DNA of 62,923 bases, filler included, from Sphacelaria rigidula (GCA_964200075.2; 7 parts of 7 records of this genome joined end to end with filler, not necessarily neighbours in it); one strand, 5' to 3'. Numbered from the whole stretch's first letter, positions 24,017-36,014 are shown. Numbers and translations: made by a program. The notes: a model not told the origin generated them from the sequence alone.

Positions 24017-24900
24017 TTATTTGCGTAAAAACTCGGCTGATTTCTCGCTCGAAAACTTGCGGCCGTGGTCCGGCATCTCCAGCGCCAGTACAGGAACAGC
24101 ACAACCATCGACGATGACATGTTCCTGCGCCTTATCATGTTGAACAGTCGAACAGGCTTTGCCGCTACCTCCACGCTTCTCATCAAGCGCCGAGCCACCA
24201 CGACATGTGTACATAGTTGACAATCACAAAGCAGCACCTCAACAGCTCAACAGCGGTTCCAGAAAAGCCGTTGTTGTGAATCGTAGAAACAACAACTTTC
24301 CATACCCCAAGACGCACTTGGCCACCAAACGACAATGGCCACAGCGCCTCTTCCTCACGCAGGTCTCACCACGTGTTTGAAGTCCTTAGACTCCTCTTTC
24401 TGGCCGTACCTGGCCAAGCGTGGAGCGAGTAACCCTCGCTGGCTCCACCAGGCAGTGATTGCGCCGCTTTTCTGGACGCTCACGGGCTCGCCAGCTGTTG
24501 GTCAACCCCCGCACCTTACGCACGAGCGATACCACAGCCCGCCCCAGCACTGCCTCAGAAGTTCCTCGGCTCTGCTTCTCCAACTCCTCGTGACGTTAAC
24601 ACGCCTTCAGCTGGTCTTGTTTACTGCAAACTGATAAGGCCTGCAGACTTCCCTATCTTGAAGTGTCAGCTGCTTTTTCAGCGGACTTAATAAACGTTCG
24701 TTATATACTTCTGTCACTTGAGATCAGATCGCCATGTTGACTCCTCCAATCACGGACACATGGACTTCAGCAGCATTAGTTATCCATATATTAACCCTCA
24801 GCATAGTACAGGAGAACAGGACCATCGCCTCTCTCCACCAGAGTAGAAAAACCGGCTCTACACGTCATGGAGGTCACCCATCACAGAGTCCAGCAATCAG
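24017..24900 (-). mobile_element. Possible very old Ty1/Copia RT-RNase H relic
   Basis: Faint motifs in Copia order: ERLLSPLKKQLTLQD (~L...F..KDLG), EAVLG...TNSWRARER (~EAVG...ANAVRAVAR), QEHVIVD...SEKSAEFLRK (~KHIDV...QHADILTK). By-eye similarity only. Confidence 0.35.
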
Positions 24901-24963
24901 ACCCGCAACTCCACATACACAATGTCCCTAACCTTAGGTAACAATGGTGGCTAGAGTCTGTAG

Positions 24964-26700
24964 GCAGCACGGAAAGCGGCAGCAACAAAAAAACCGGTGC
25001 GAAGAAGAGACGCCGACGCGGCGGCAAGGGGAAGCACGGCAGCGAGCAGGGGCAGGGGCAGACAAGGGAGGTGAAGGCCACTCCGGTGGTGCAAGGGCTC
25101 CGCGGTTTCTTCGCCACGGTGAAATTGGCAGGTTGCAAGGACGCACTTGGCCCGGTAAGGCGACACGCTGGATATTGTATGCAAGTCCATGAGAGTTCGG
25201 AGCGACCAAACATCGCCCCGTTTTTGTTTAACGCGCGTCCACATGCGCTTTTCGGGACCTTTATTTTGGTCCCCGTCCCAGCAGAGCATGTTAGGTGGAG
25301 CTGAGTACGTCAACGGAGAAGCGGTCAGACGGCTGAATGCTACCCATGGAGCTAATCCCCGTTACCCGATTCACGCTCGAAAGCGCCACGAAAGGGTTGA
25401 TACAAATCTCCCAACGCCGTTTGAAAACTCGGCGCACATTCGGAAGGAACGCACCACCTGTACCGTCTATGTTCCTCGCAATGTCTTTGCTTTACCATCC
25501 TTTGTCATGATCCACATGATCGGAAGGGGATGTTCGCCGCCGACACAGACGTGAGCATTTTTGGAAATATTGTTACGCCCTTACCCTGCCCATGTCCTGA
25601 TATCTGCGCGCATCAAGGTGGAAGCGACGGAGCGCTCATCTCTGCATGAGGCTCCCCCGATGATGGTTATCCAGGCGAAGCAGTTTGCATTCGGAGGCAT
25701 AGGTTCCGAGAAGCTCAAGGGTCGCTTGAGGAATTCCCCGAACAGATACAAAAGGCACAGATACAGATACAAGTACAAGTATAGTATCGGCAGTGCTGGG
25801 TGGTGTGAATTTTGCGTACCCTGCGTAGTTCTCAGTGCTTGATAGTGCCAAGCGTGATCGCATAGGGGTGTGGTGGTTTCTGTCGCGTTCTTGATGCTGC
25901 ACATGAGGGGGATATGGAGGGGGATATGGTTCTCTCCGTGGCAAAAGCGGGGTCCACGTCCCCGGCTGAGACAGATGGTGACGGGCGCTCAGATGAAGCG
26001 TGCATATATTTCGGTTCCCCACCCCACGTACACTGAGGCGTTGCACATGGTATGTGTTGTTTTGTGAAAAGGATCGAGCATGTGTCGAAGAGCAATCGGT
26101 GCCACTCGGCTGTCTGATACGAATGATCTTGCTTTCACTGCAGTACAACAGTTGCAACACGATTATGATCCCGTATTTTCGTGGCTGACTGCTCATCCCC
26201 TTACCGGCAGCTATCGACTGATTCTCACGGTGCCACGCGCAATGCTGTCGGATGCCCTCCGAGCGGAGAGCGGGGACAAGGGCGTGAGATACCGCCTGAT
26301 CGCCGTCGGTGTGTTATGTTTGGCGTGTGTACTTGCGTTGGCCAGCACACAATCCAGCGCTTCGTGGTATGGTACTACACTGAGCGCCAGACGTGGAATT
26401 CGAAATGACTACCGTACTGTGCTGTGAAGTTGAGCTCATCGGCATCATCCTCATGCAGCTGGCTGACATGAACGAACTTGTTGCTCTATGCACTCCGACG
26501 TCTCGACTATCCTTGTATTAACAGTGGATCCTAGAAAAAGTGGTTCATACAAAATATGGGGTTGAAGTGGCATCTCTCTTTTGCAGGAAAGACACGAAAC
26601 AAACCCGAGCGAAGCCATCTTCCCCCCCAAATGCCCGTAGCAGTTGAGCAGCTGTGGCTAGGTGCATCTACCGAATGCGGTGTACACGCGTGTCGATGGC
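24964..26700 (+). pseudogene. Ubiquitin-specific protease (peptidase C19, USP10/UBP3-like), decayed C-terminal exons
   Basis: Putative exons 24964-25154, 25282-25323, 25618-25730, 26211-26308, 26587-~26700 give VEATERSSLHEAPPMMVIQAKQFAFGGIGSEKLKGRLS|YRLILTVPRAMLS...VRYRLIAV and a frameshifted His-box remnant (ERHETNPSE-.H vs HHG.....GGH); one donor reads GA. Confidence 0.7.
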
Positions 26701-26911
26701 TATATCGCCAGAGAGAGAAGCAACGACAGAGAGGAAACTCCTCGCCCGTGTCCTTTGTGTGTCCTCGCTCGGCGATTACCAATCGCTTGAGAAATTGGCA
26801 TCATCGATCTTACCAGCATGTGCCCAATTTTCCATGTCCCGAAACACCGATCTCGTCTCACAACTGCCTGTCGAGCTCACGAATGCGAAGATCGATTTCT
26901 CTCTGCCTCTC

Positions 26912-27011
26912 NNNNNNNNNNNNNNNNNNNNNNNNNNNNNNNNNNNNNNNNNNNNTTAATTAATTAANNNNNNNNNNNNNNNNNNNNNNNNNNNNNNNNN
27001 NNNNNNNNNNN
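26912..27011. other. Artificial contig linker
   Basis: N44-TTAATTAATTAA-N44. Confidence 0.98.
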
Positions 27012-27149
27012 TTATTACTATTATATTATTATTATTGTTATTATTATTATTATTATTATTAATTATTATTATTATTAATTATTATTATTATTATTATTAC
27101 TATTATTATCATTATTTCCGCACATTAGTCCGATCTCGCAAACCCGTGG
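27012..27149 (-). mobile_element. Retroposon 3' end (CCACGG stem-loop) with (TAA)n tail
   Basis: Reverse complement ccacgggtttgcgagatcggactaatgtgcggaaataatgataata...; close relative at 34175-34224 (+). Confidence 0.6.
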
Positions 27150-28086
27150 CTAGATACCAAAATTTAAGGCATGTACCGGGGAGAGATGTGGGTTGATCCC
27201 TTGGGACCACAAGCTCGTCCGCAGGAAAGGGAGAAGTCAGAAGTGGGAACGAAAACAAAATGGAGAACGGTTTTGACGACACTGACTGTGAACGATCGAC
27301 AGTAGTAGTGAGAACAGTTGGGGAAAATGCCCTCAAACACTACCGATGACGGGAGGACCGTAATTATTTCAGCGTAATCTTGAAGCCACCATTTGATGTC
27401 CTGCTTCGGAAACAGAGTTTCGAGAGTCTTGTCCCCCTTATTGTATATTCCCATGTTCCCTGCATATCTCTACTCTGCACCTGCTTGGCAGCATCTTCCC
27501 CATAAAATAGACAAGTACGGGAGGTTCTCGAGTCAATACACTCAAATTCTTATCTTCCTGATTCAGCACCTGCATGACACTTCTACTCAAGCAATACCCT
27601 CGGAACGCTTCTAGAGTCAGTCCTGTGCCTTGAATCAACTCTCTGTGACTTGAATCAACTCTCCGTGACTTGAATCAACTCGTCCAGTCAGATCGAGCAC
27701 CGTCTCCCCCCCCCCAACCCTTGTGGATTTTTTCTTCATTTTGGCTAAGGCAAAATGCTCATCTTCTCATGGACGCCTTCATTGCCGATGTTCTTTTTAT
27801 TGCCAAGACGCACAAGAAAAAGCTTCTCTGTTCCTCTCGAGGCATGCATGCTCAAGATTTTGTTCTAAACCAGCCAAGCCTTGCTAAACATAACCATTTC
27901 CTCAAACCTCCGGTTGCTTTTTCCCTCGTCCATCGTCACCTGAGGCAAACAAGGCATCAAGAGAGGCTGAGTTGCGCCCCCTTGCAAGCCCACTCCGAAA
28001 AATCGTATCCACTTCTCCCCAGCAGCATGAGGCACATGTGCACATGTACTTATAAACTACAGTGGACGCAGCCACATTGCCATAAG

Positions 28087-28280
28087 CTATCGTACTTGGC
28101 TACGAGTCGCTCTCGAGGTCTCGAGAATCCGCTCACAAGCAGCCCACAGCTCTGCGGATACCGTCGGTTCGTCGCTCGGTAAGCTCGGCTTCGCCGGCGT
28201 GCAGCCGACATAGACGCCCAACAACTCGAACGGAAGGGTGCAGCCGAACGGCAGCCAATACGGCTGGTAGTACTCGCTTC
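28087..28280 (-). CDS. Short-chain dehydrogenase/reductase (retinol dehydrogenase/WWOX-like), terminal exon
   Basis: tttccag|GA AGC (phase 1, matches upstream donor); SEYYQPYWLPFG...SAELWAACERIL...*; LW..(S/C)E is the typical C-terminus of this SDR subgroup. Confidence 0.82.
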
Positions 28281-28706
28281 CTGGAAAGGCGAGAAAAGTT
28301 CGCAAGAGTTCGTGTTACGGTCTGCACAAAAGAGTTTTGCTACCCATCAATCTCTTGGCGTAGACGTCTAGATGGTCTCGAAGGATCACGCCGTAGGGTC
28401 TACGCTACGTGTTACCCCCACCACCCTACCCTAAGCGTGTGGCCTGCGCCAGCTCAACATTCAGTCTTCGGCTGTGGCAACTAATCCGTTACATTCTGCG
28501 TCACTTCTTCTAACTTACTTCGAATATTTGTGACATTCAGTTTCCATCTGTGAAGCGTAGATCCCGCGACGACCCGATCCTTCATTCTTCAACACCACAA
28601 GGGCCAAGTCTCATTCTGGGCTTGTTTCTTTTTTTTCAATCCTGAGGATAACTTTGTTCGCTTTTTTTCCCGTCACACGTTCAGCTCCTCCCTTCCCTCC
28701 CCCGAT

Positions 28707-28836
28707 GACACCAAAACAAGGGCGGGAGGGGGGGAGGGGGCGTACTCATTTGTTGCTTGCCTTAGTGGTCAATGGTCAAACGACTAAGGCAAGCAACAAA
28801 TGAGTACGCCCCCCTTCCCCCCCTTGTTTTGGTGTC
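28707..28836. repeat. Fold-back inverted duplication of a poly-C retroposon end plus its flank
   Basis: gacaccaaaacaaggg-(G-run)-cgtactcatttgttgcttgccttagt ... actaaggcaagcaacaaatgagtacg-(C-run)-cccttgttttggtgtc. Confidence 0.9.
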
Positions 28837-29685
28837 TTCGCGGATTGGATCAGCACCCCCGCACTGCGTCGGCTCTTCTCACCAAATCAACATTTTCTTT
28901 ACTACTCAAATGTCCTCACGCTTTCAGCGACGGAAGACAAGAAAAAAAAACTCTTCCAAGGGATTGTGTTGGGTAGGGATTCTTGTATTTGGGTATTCAG
29001 AAAAAAAAAAAACGTACACTAAGCACCCCAAAACCCGGGTTGAGTTTCGAGATCGTTCTCAACGATAGCCAGATATTGGGTAGAGTAATGCGATCGCACC
29101 TAACTTCACGACCCCAATACTTCGGTAGCGTTCGAGCATTGGACCATCGCAACACAAAATTCGGGATACTCAATACCCGGATGTTTACGCTGCCCAACAC
29201 ACCCTTGGGTACTCCAGGGAAAAAACTCAACCGCATCTTCCGGGAAACGCACCCGCGTTCTCGAGACCTCGTTGGTGTCAGTTGTGTCGCTTGTACGAGT
29301 TCCACTGCTACAGTGAAAACCAACGATCGGTCCTTAAAGGGTTGGAACGGGGCTTGAGAGACGGGAATTTTTCACGAAGGAACCATGGCAACGCCCCGTT
29401 CACCCGCCTGTTAAGACCCTCGGTCGTTTTTTGAGAAAGTTGCACACGTCGGACAGCCCATGAGGAACCTACACATTAACTTCATGTACGTGTACTGATC
29501 CGGATCATGACCTCACCCATTCGGTCTCTTTTTCCACATTTACTCCCTGCAGCGCTGGACGCCGGGCACGCGGAGCGGCGCAAAGGTAGAGCCTTGGCTT
29601 CTCAGACCCGCCTTCCACGTATTTTGAGTTCTTGGACAGCGGGTCTAAGAGTCACTCTTTCGATAAGTCAATTTGAGATAGCTCA

Positions 29686-30708
29686 CGGCGTGTCTTAGCA
29701 CGTTTTTTTCGGTCGAAAATGTGCGGTGGAAAAGGAAAACTCCGATACGATGGGTCGTGATTCCTACTATCGTGGTTCATTTCGAAGATGGTTGAAATCA
29801 CGACCTATCAGATCGGAATTTTTGTTTTCCGCCGCACTTCTTCGATCGAAAAACTATATATGCTAAGGGCGGGTCTCACAAAAGCACTTTCCTTTTCGAT
29901 CAAAAAAATGGGGCGGTGGGAAAAAAATGAGCGAAATGTTTCTCGTTCTGATGCAGTTGGGTCCAGATGGATTTTCAAGCTTTCGATCGAAAAAAGGCAG
30001 TGGAACTCGTGAAACGGTACATGGTCAATCGTGTATCGTACAGACAGTGAGTACTGTCTGCACTGCATGCAAGCAGGGTGTATTGAGTGCGTTTGTGAGT
30101 GTTTCGTACAGGAGGATATAAAAGAGAAGCGGACAACGCGCAGTGCAGACAGCCCAGAACTATCAGTTCTCTTTGCTTACAATACGACGTGAAAAGGGCT
30201 TCAGCAACGTGCAGCTTTGTACTGCCTGCACTGTCCATGAGCGTGCACGCAACTCGGTTGCCCACCGTACCGCGCAGTTTTGTCCCTGGTCCTTACCATG
30301 AGAGAAGATGCGCAAGTTTTCGCCAACAAAAAATAAACAAAGCACACCCGACTTGTGCAGTGTATCTATCTCTGTGCCCAATTCCTGCTCTATGCTGCAG
30401 GGTTGCGATGGTAGCTGAGAATGAGTTGGATGGAGTTTGCATGGTCCTGTGAACAGGTGTTATTTGGCGTGGACGTCTGTAAGATAGGAGTCGAGTGCCG
30501 CTTCGTGCCTTTCGACCGCATGTTTTCGATCGAAAACGATGGTTTTTTTACCTCGAGCTGTTCTTCTCCGCGCGCCGCTGATTATAATTTTGAGTTGAAG
30601 CCTTCCAGGAACATAAATGCGGTGGACCTATCAGATCGGCAAAAAAAAATCGACTGCACTTTTTCGATCGAAAAAAAAAGGTACGAAGACACGCCCTAAG
30701 ACACGGCC
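29686..30708. mobile_element. PIF/Harbinger-like MITE
   Basis: TIR cggcgtgtcttag / ctaagacacggcc (11 of 13), 3-bp TSD TCA on both sides, repeated ttcgatcgaaaa subterminal motifs. Confidence 0.7.
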
Positions 30709-31117
30709 TCATGAGCTGTCCGACCTGTGGAAGAGTACAGTGGACAGAGTCCGGCCTGCTGTATCCACACAGCCCAGGCCAACTCTTGGTTTTGTGTCCT
30801 TCCGTGACTGTTGCATTCAGGTTTCACGCAGTCGTAAGAAGATGCACGTTCCGCGCTTGTGGGAAAATGGATATTCGCTCTCTAACTTACTCCATACGCG
30901 AAAGCATACATGAAGAAAGAAGAAACGCTCCTCTGTCCGTATGAGCTATGGGTGAGCACGAAATAATTCGCATCCCTTTTCACAGTTTTTTTCCATCAAG
31001 ATGGTTCACACGGGAGCGTTTAGTTTCTCCTGCTACGTCACGTACACGAACGTGTACAGTCGTGCAAGACTCGCCGAGCACACCACGGCGCTTCGCGCCT
31101 GGTGATTGATACGTGAT

Positions 31118-31215
31118 CCTGGTCCAGCGAAAACCGGCGTGCTCCGTCCCGGCTTTGTGGGGATGCGAGGTCATTGGTCATATGATCATTGCATGCACGA
31201 TCACGAGTACACCTT
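31118..31215 (+). mobile_element. Poly-C-associated retroposon 3' end, subfamily A
   Basis: cctggtccagcgaaaaccggcgtgctccgtcccggctttgtggggatgcgaggtcattggt...gagtacacc. Confidence 0.6.
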
Positions 31216-31717
31216 CTGAACCAGCCTCAAGACTGTCACGAAGCAAGTGCCCATACGTCGCATGATGGTGAGTTCTTCAGACAGCATGAAGCGCCTCATA
31301 CGGGCGACAATCGGCGAAAACGACCCCCAAGGATGGAAGTTTGCAGCTGCTCGATGTGCTTGGCTTTTGTTCTTTTGATTTGCATCTAGATTTCGCCTCC
31401 TCCAACCAGCCACTTTTCTGGGGGGGGGGGGGGGGGGGTTCTCCCGTGACGCCCCCCCCCCCTCCTCGCCCCCCTCCCCCGTCTGCATCCACTTGACATC
31501 AAAGANNNNNNNNNNTTTTTTTTTTTGTGTTGCTATTGCTTCCGCCCCCCCCGACCCTGCGTTTTGGGGGGGGGGGGGGGGGGGGGGCTATCCCCGTATG
31601 CCTCCCTCCCATGCACGTACCCGTACCCTGTCCGAAACACCTTCGAGACCAAGGCGCAAGAGCAAGTCTCGCGGGTACGCACCCGCGGCTCTAGCCGCCG
31701 AACTCCCCGGTACTCAC

Positions 31718-31925
31718 CAGACAGGCTCTCGAGAGGTAGAGCCGACGCGCTCACAGACGGGTGACAGCCCTGCTCTGTGCTCAAGTACAGCAGTCGCATC
31801 GCAACATCGTAAATGGGCATTGCCATGGTGGGCATCCATCGCCAGATGTCACTTCGAACCGCTCCAGGGTTGACGGCGAATGCCGTCGCGGTTGATCCGG
31901 CTGCCGCAAATCTTCTCCGCAGTTC
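31718..31925 (-). CDS. SDR exon
   Basis: cgcaaag|GAA...TCT G|gtgagt; ELRRRF...AFAVNPGAVRSDIWR...LSTEQG; the (H/N)PG.V.(T/S) motif. Confidence 0.9.
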
Positions 31926-32106
31926 CTTTGCGATTAATTTGCAGCGACAAAAATGACAGCAGGCAGAGTGGACGGGGCGGGAGGAAGGAAAATCAGTCAC
32001 ACTACATGTAAATATATATATATATATGTTGTCGTGATTTATTGCTTTGTAGTATGGGTAACTTACAACACGGTGCGATAGAGTGCTTGCTTGCGCTTGA
32101 GTACAC

Positions 32107-32287
32107 ATTATTATTATGACTATGATTATGATGTTCATGATTATTATTTCCTTTTTATCATTATTATCATTATTATCATTATTATTATTAGTAGTAGTAG
32201 TAGTAGTAGTAGTATTGTTATTATTACTATTATTATTGTTATTGTTATTGTTATTGTTATTATTATTGTTATTGTTATTACTATTAC

Positions 32288-32332
<45 letters not shown>

Positions 32333-32396
32333 CATTATAATTATTATAATTATAATTATAATTATAATTATTATAATTATAATTATAATAATTATA

Positions 32397-32438
<42 letters not shown>

Positions 32439-32518
32439 ATTATAATTATAATTATAATTATTATTCCTATCATGTGTCGCACCTTGAACCCCACCCCTTC
32501 CTCGGGACGAGTCCGTGG
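32107..32518 (-). repeat. ~360-bp compound (ATT/TAA)n microsatellite attached to a CCACGG retroposon end
   Basis: Triplet array 32107-32465 abuts the minus-strand ccacggactcgtccc...ggggtggggttcaaggtgcg end at 32478-32518. Confidence 0.9.
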
Positions 32519-33014
32519 TCTAAAGGGATCAACCCATCTCTCCCCCAACATTCGCATTATCCGCAAACATGAGAGTCTACACGTAGTCCACGTACGTCCC
32601 GCACTTACCGACTTCAATAGACCAGACATAGTTTGTTTTTGCAATGGTGATGTGTACAATGACCCACTTTTCACGGGAAAAGCTACTCTACGCCTAGCAT
32701 CAATCGTTCTCCACAGGCCACAGGCATGGCCAATGACCACAGAGGTCGCCGTCAGAATTTTAGCATGAATGGGTGAATGACCGGCAGATGAAATTGATCC
32801 GTTGATGGATACACTGGTTGTCTGATAGGCTGGTTGTCGCACATCAACTGGCCCGATGAGAAGCTGGCCGAGGTAACAATATCATAACCGTCATTTCCTC
32901 GACGTGAAAAGAAACGAAAACACTCGCTGATAGAAACTCGAGAGAGGGGAATGACGGATATAATTGAAGGTAACGGTAACCCAAAAAGCAAGGGGAAAAG
33001 GGGAGAGGGGTGGG

Positions 33015-33135
33015 AAGGGGGGGCGGGGCGTACATATGTGTTGTTTGCCTTAGTTGTTTGACCATTGACCACGCATCCCTTTCGAGACGGAGCACCGTTC
33101 CTACTCCTGATAGAGCCACCTCGAACGCTTCGGCG
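33015..33135 (-). mobile_element. Poly-C-associated retroposon 3' end, subfamily B
   Basis: Reverse complement gtgctccgtctcgaaagggatgcgtggtcaatggtcaaacaactaaggcaaac...gtacgccccgcccccc; relatives at 28766-28823, 35850-35914(-), 49074-49165(-). Confidence 0.65.
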
Positions 33136-34174
33136 CTCGTTACGTTTCTTCCATACATCACACAAAAACATTTTACATATCCTATCCCGGGAGATAAAAG
33201 GACAAGAGAGCAACAAAAAGACACGCCAGGCGACGTTGATATCTTGATAGAAAAAAACGCCACACGAGCAAGACGTTAACTTAATTTTATTTTATGTCGT
33301 TGGGCTATTTTACTGCAGTGAGGGCATAGCCGGCGTAACCCCGGCGAGTACCACATCCCCGACCTAGCTGAATTACTAGGATAGAGCCATGCGGTTTTCA
33401 TTGCTGTGGCTAGTGATATTCGGCTCTTCATTTTGGTTTTTTTTTGCTTGGCTTAGCGTGTCAAGTGGGAGCGCAGGGCTCTATCTAAATGAGCCCGACT
33501 GGTCCCCTGCGGCATCGGATATTATGGGGGGTATTACCGTATATTTTATTATTTGGCGCTCTTGTGTGTGTCGTATTTTACTTTTACTTGGTTTCTTTAT
33601 TTCAGGTAGTTAACCTGTGACCACGGAAGGCGCCGGCATCAGATGCCCAGTACCGGAGGTAGAAAAACTGCACAGATACTGTATCGAAACGGTTTTTTAA
33701 GGTGAAGACAGCAAAATCCTGTTCATTGCGGTGGAACAGTTTCGCCGGATTTCCAGGGGTTGCCGTTACCTAACGTGGAAAAGACGCAGCACAAGGAAAG
33801 AAAGAAAAAAGGATAACACATCGCTCAACCCACAGCAATCGGATCCGACCAATTCGCTGTGCCATTTTATTTTTTCCGTGAAGGAAGGAGGATACCCGAC
33901 CCAACACTTACCCCTCAAGCGGGTTCGAGTGCCGATTGCCCGAAGGCTCGGTTAGGTGCCTCGTGAGGGAGGCGCTTTCGGGCGTTCGCAAGCTTTGGCC
34001 AAGGCAGTGTGGGGGTCGAACCCACTAAAGCCCCCCATCAACTTGGCGCAGTAAACGCACCGCCATGCTCCTTGGAGCTTCCGCCCTGGTACCATGTGCA
34101 CATTCACATGCTCACAGTCAAGTCTTGTAGGGAATAGCAGGGACGGTATTGGAAAGACGAGCCTACGTCTGTGA

Positions 34175-34224
34175 CCACGGGTTCGAGAGATCGGACTAAT
34201 GTGAGGAAATAATAACAATAATAA
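34175..34224 (+). mobile_element. Retroposon 3' end (CCACGG stem-loop) with (TAA)n tail
   Basis: ccacgggttcgagagatcggactaatgtgaggaaataataacaataataa. Confidence 0.6.
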
Positions 34225-34577
34225 CCAAGAACAGGTTGGCCAAATATTCCCTGTTCTCCATGCCACCACGCAGTCAACACCTGAGACCAACAAAAAAAAT
34301 GGTGGGGCACCGCACTCGTCGACGGCGTATCGAATCCAACTACTCGAGCACAGTTTCATCTATCCCGTTGGTGTTGAGTAATCCCTCCTGCGCCCTTCTT
34401 CCCAGGTACACCTCTTACCGTTTTGTCGCAGTCTGACGGGAGCTACAGTAACAACGAAGACGCCTCCGCGTAATAGAGAGGTAGTCAGGACGCAGCCAGC
34501 GAAACATCACGTCGAAGAAGAAAAAAAAACACGAGTCGACTGTAGGTGCACAGGTCGACATATGTAATTCCTAATCC

Positions 34578-34805
34578 TACATCAAAATTCGACTTATCGG
34601 TCGACGAGGGAAAGGGACTGGTGGACCCTTTTCGCGATAAAAAATGGAGGCAAGCACCGCAGAAGGAAGGTGGGGAATTAAAACAAATAGAAAATAAAAA
34701 GCTTCTGTGGTGACCTTCCTCCTGTGTGACCCAGGGTGGTGCGCCCACATATACCGAAAGGAGTGGACCGGCGTCCAGAATAGATGGGACAACAACACAA
34801 CACAC
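34578..34805 (+). mobile_element. tRNA-derived SINE, 5'-truncated copy with (CAA/CA)n tail
   Basis: Reverse-complement homolog of 36015-36260 and 53585-53790. Confidence 0.75.
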
Positions 34806-35231
34806 AGATCAGACATGCACTCAGAGATGGGCGGCGGTATCGATGTTTTTTCGGTTTCTCCAAAGACACGTAAATCATACTTTAGCGCGAAGAGAACCAT
34901 ATCATCCATGCCTAGCGGCATTTCGCGGTCAACCTATCCATTCGTCTACGAAAATAGTCGTCTTCCACCCCGTGCATGTGTGGAAGCCAGTGCGAGCGTT
35001 TGCGGCTTGCTTGATTGATTGTAACATGAAGGACGCTTTTTGCAGTGACGATGCCAAAACTCTCCGCATTCAGAAGGAGAGTAGGTGAGTAAAACTCGTG
35101 AATCGATCGCTGTGCCTTTTACTCAGACACCATACGTACCATGCTGCACAACAGCTGAGTAGTGACAAGTGCTGTTTGGTCTCCCTGGTATCTAGACACC
35201 TAATACTGACGATAAAAACAATCGATCGTAC

Positions 35232-35364
35232 TTTTGCGAAGAGCACCATGGCCAGCTTGCTATCGCTGTAGGTAGATCGGCCGATGTGTCCCTTGTGGCC
35301 TCCAATCGCATCTTCCCAATGCGTGCCTCCGAAGTGGTGCATCACTGAGGCAAGACATACCACC
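35232..35364 (-). CDS. SDR exon with catalytic YxxxK
   Basis: cgcaag|G GTG...GCA AAA|gtacga; (R)VVCLASVMH...TYSDSKLAMVLFAK joins ELRRRF in phase 0. Confidence 0.92.
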
Positions 35365-35468
35365 CTTGCGCGAGCGCGATCGAAGGCGGAGTCGCAGCAC
35401 CAGAGACGAGTGGCGAAATGGACGATGACAAGAAAAGGGGGGGGGGGGGGGGAACCAAAGGGGAAAGA

Positions 35469-35504
<36 letters not shown>

Positions 35505-35849
35505 CTACTTTTTTTTTCAACCCATTTTTGGGGGGGGCCAGAGTGGGGGAGGGGGGGGGGGGGGGGGGGGGGAGGGGGGGGGGGGGGGGGGGGGGGGGAA
35601 TCAACAGGGAAAGAGAGAGAGAGGGAGAGAGAGGGAGAGTTCAGGGATGGCTACTTATTTCTTCAACGCATTTTTGACGAGACAACGTTGAACCAGTGAT
35701 TTTATCGCCATCACACCATCGCAGACGGTTTGAAAAAACGACAAGTGATGTATGGTCATTATCCAGAATCCACAGGGGGAGGGGCAGCAACCGACAAAAA
35801 AACTAGATATTATACTTTTCATGCCTCGCAGGACGGGCGAGGGGAGCGG

Positions 35850-35914
35850 GGGGGGGGCGTACTCATTTGTTGCTTGCCTTAGTCGTGTGACCATTGACCA
35901 CGCATCCCTTTCGA
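35850..35914 (-). mobile_element. Poly-C-associated retroposon 3' end, subfamily B
   Basis: ggggggcgtactcatttgttgcttgccttagtcgtgtgaccattgaccacgcatccctttcga at the contig end. Confidence 0.65.
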
Positions 35915-36014
35915 NNNNNNNNNNNNNNNNNNNNNNNNNNNNNNNNNNNNNNNNNNNNTTAATTAATTAANNNNNNNNNNNNNNNNNNNNNNNNNNNNNN
36001 NNNNNNNNNNNNNN
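35915..36014. other. Artificial contig linker
   Basis: N44-TTAATTAATTAA-N44. Confidence 0.98.

Noticed and set aside
26654..26911. Open frame running off the contig end (MAISPERE...)
   Set aside because: Short, no recognisable motif, and overlaps the decayed USP tail.
27187..28599. Apparent LTR: purine tract ggggagaga, then TGTGG...CCACA
   Set aside because: The interval contains the terminal SDR exon (28087-28280) in correct phase; no TSD or second LTR.
32091..32842. Poly-Ile and poly-Leu ORFs
   Set aside because: Translations of an (ATT)n microsatellite in an SDR intron.
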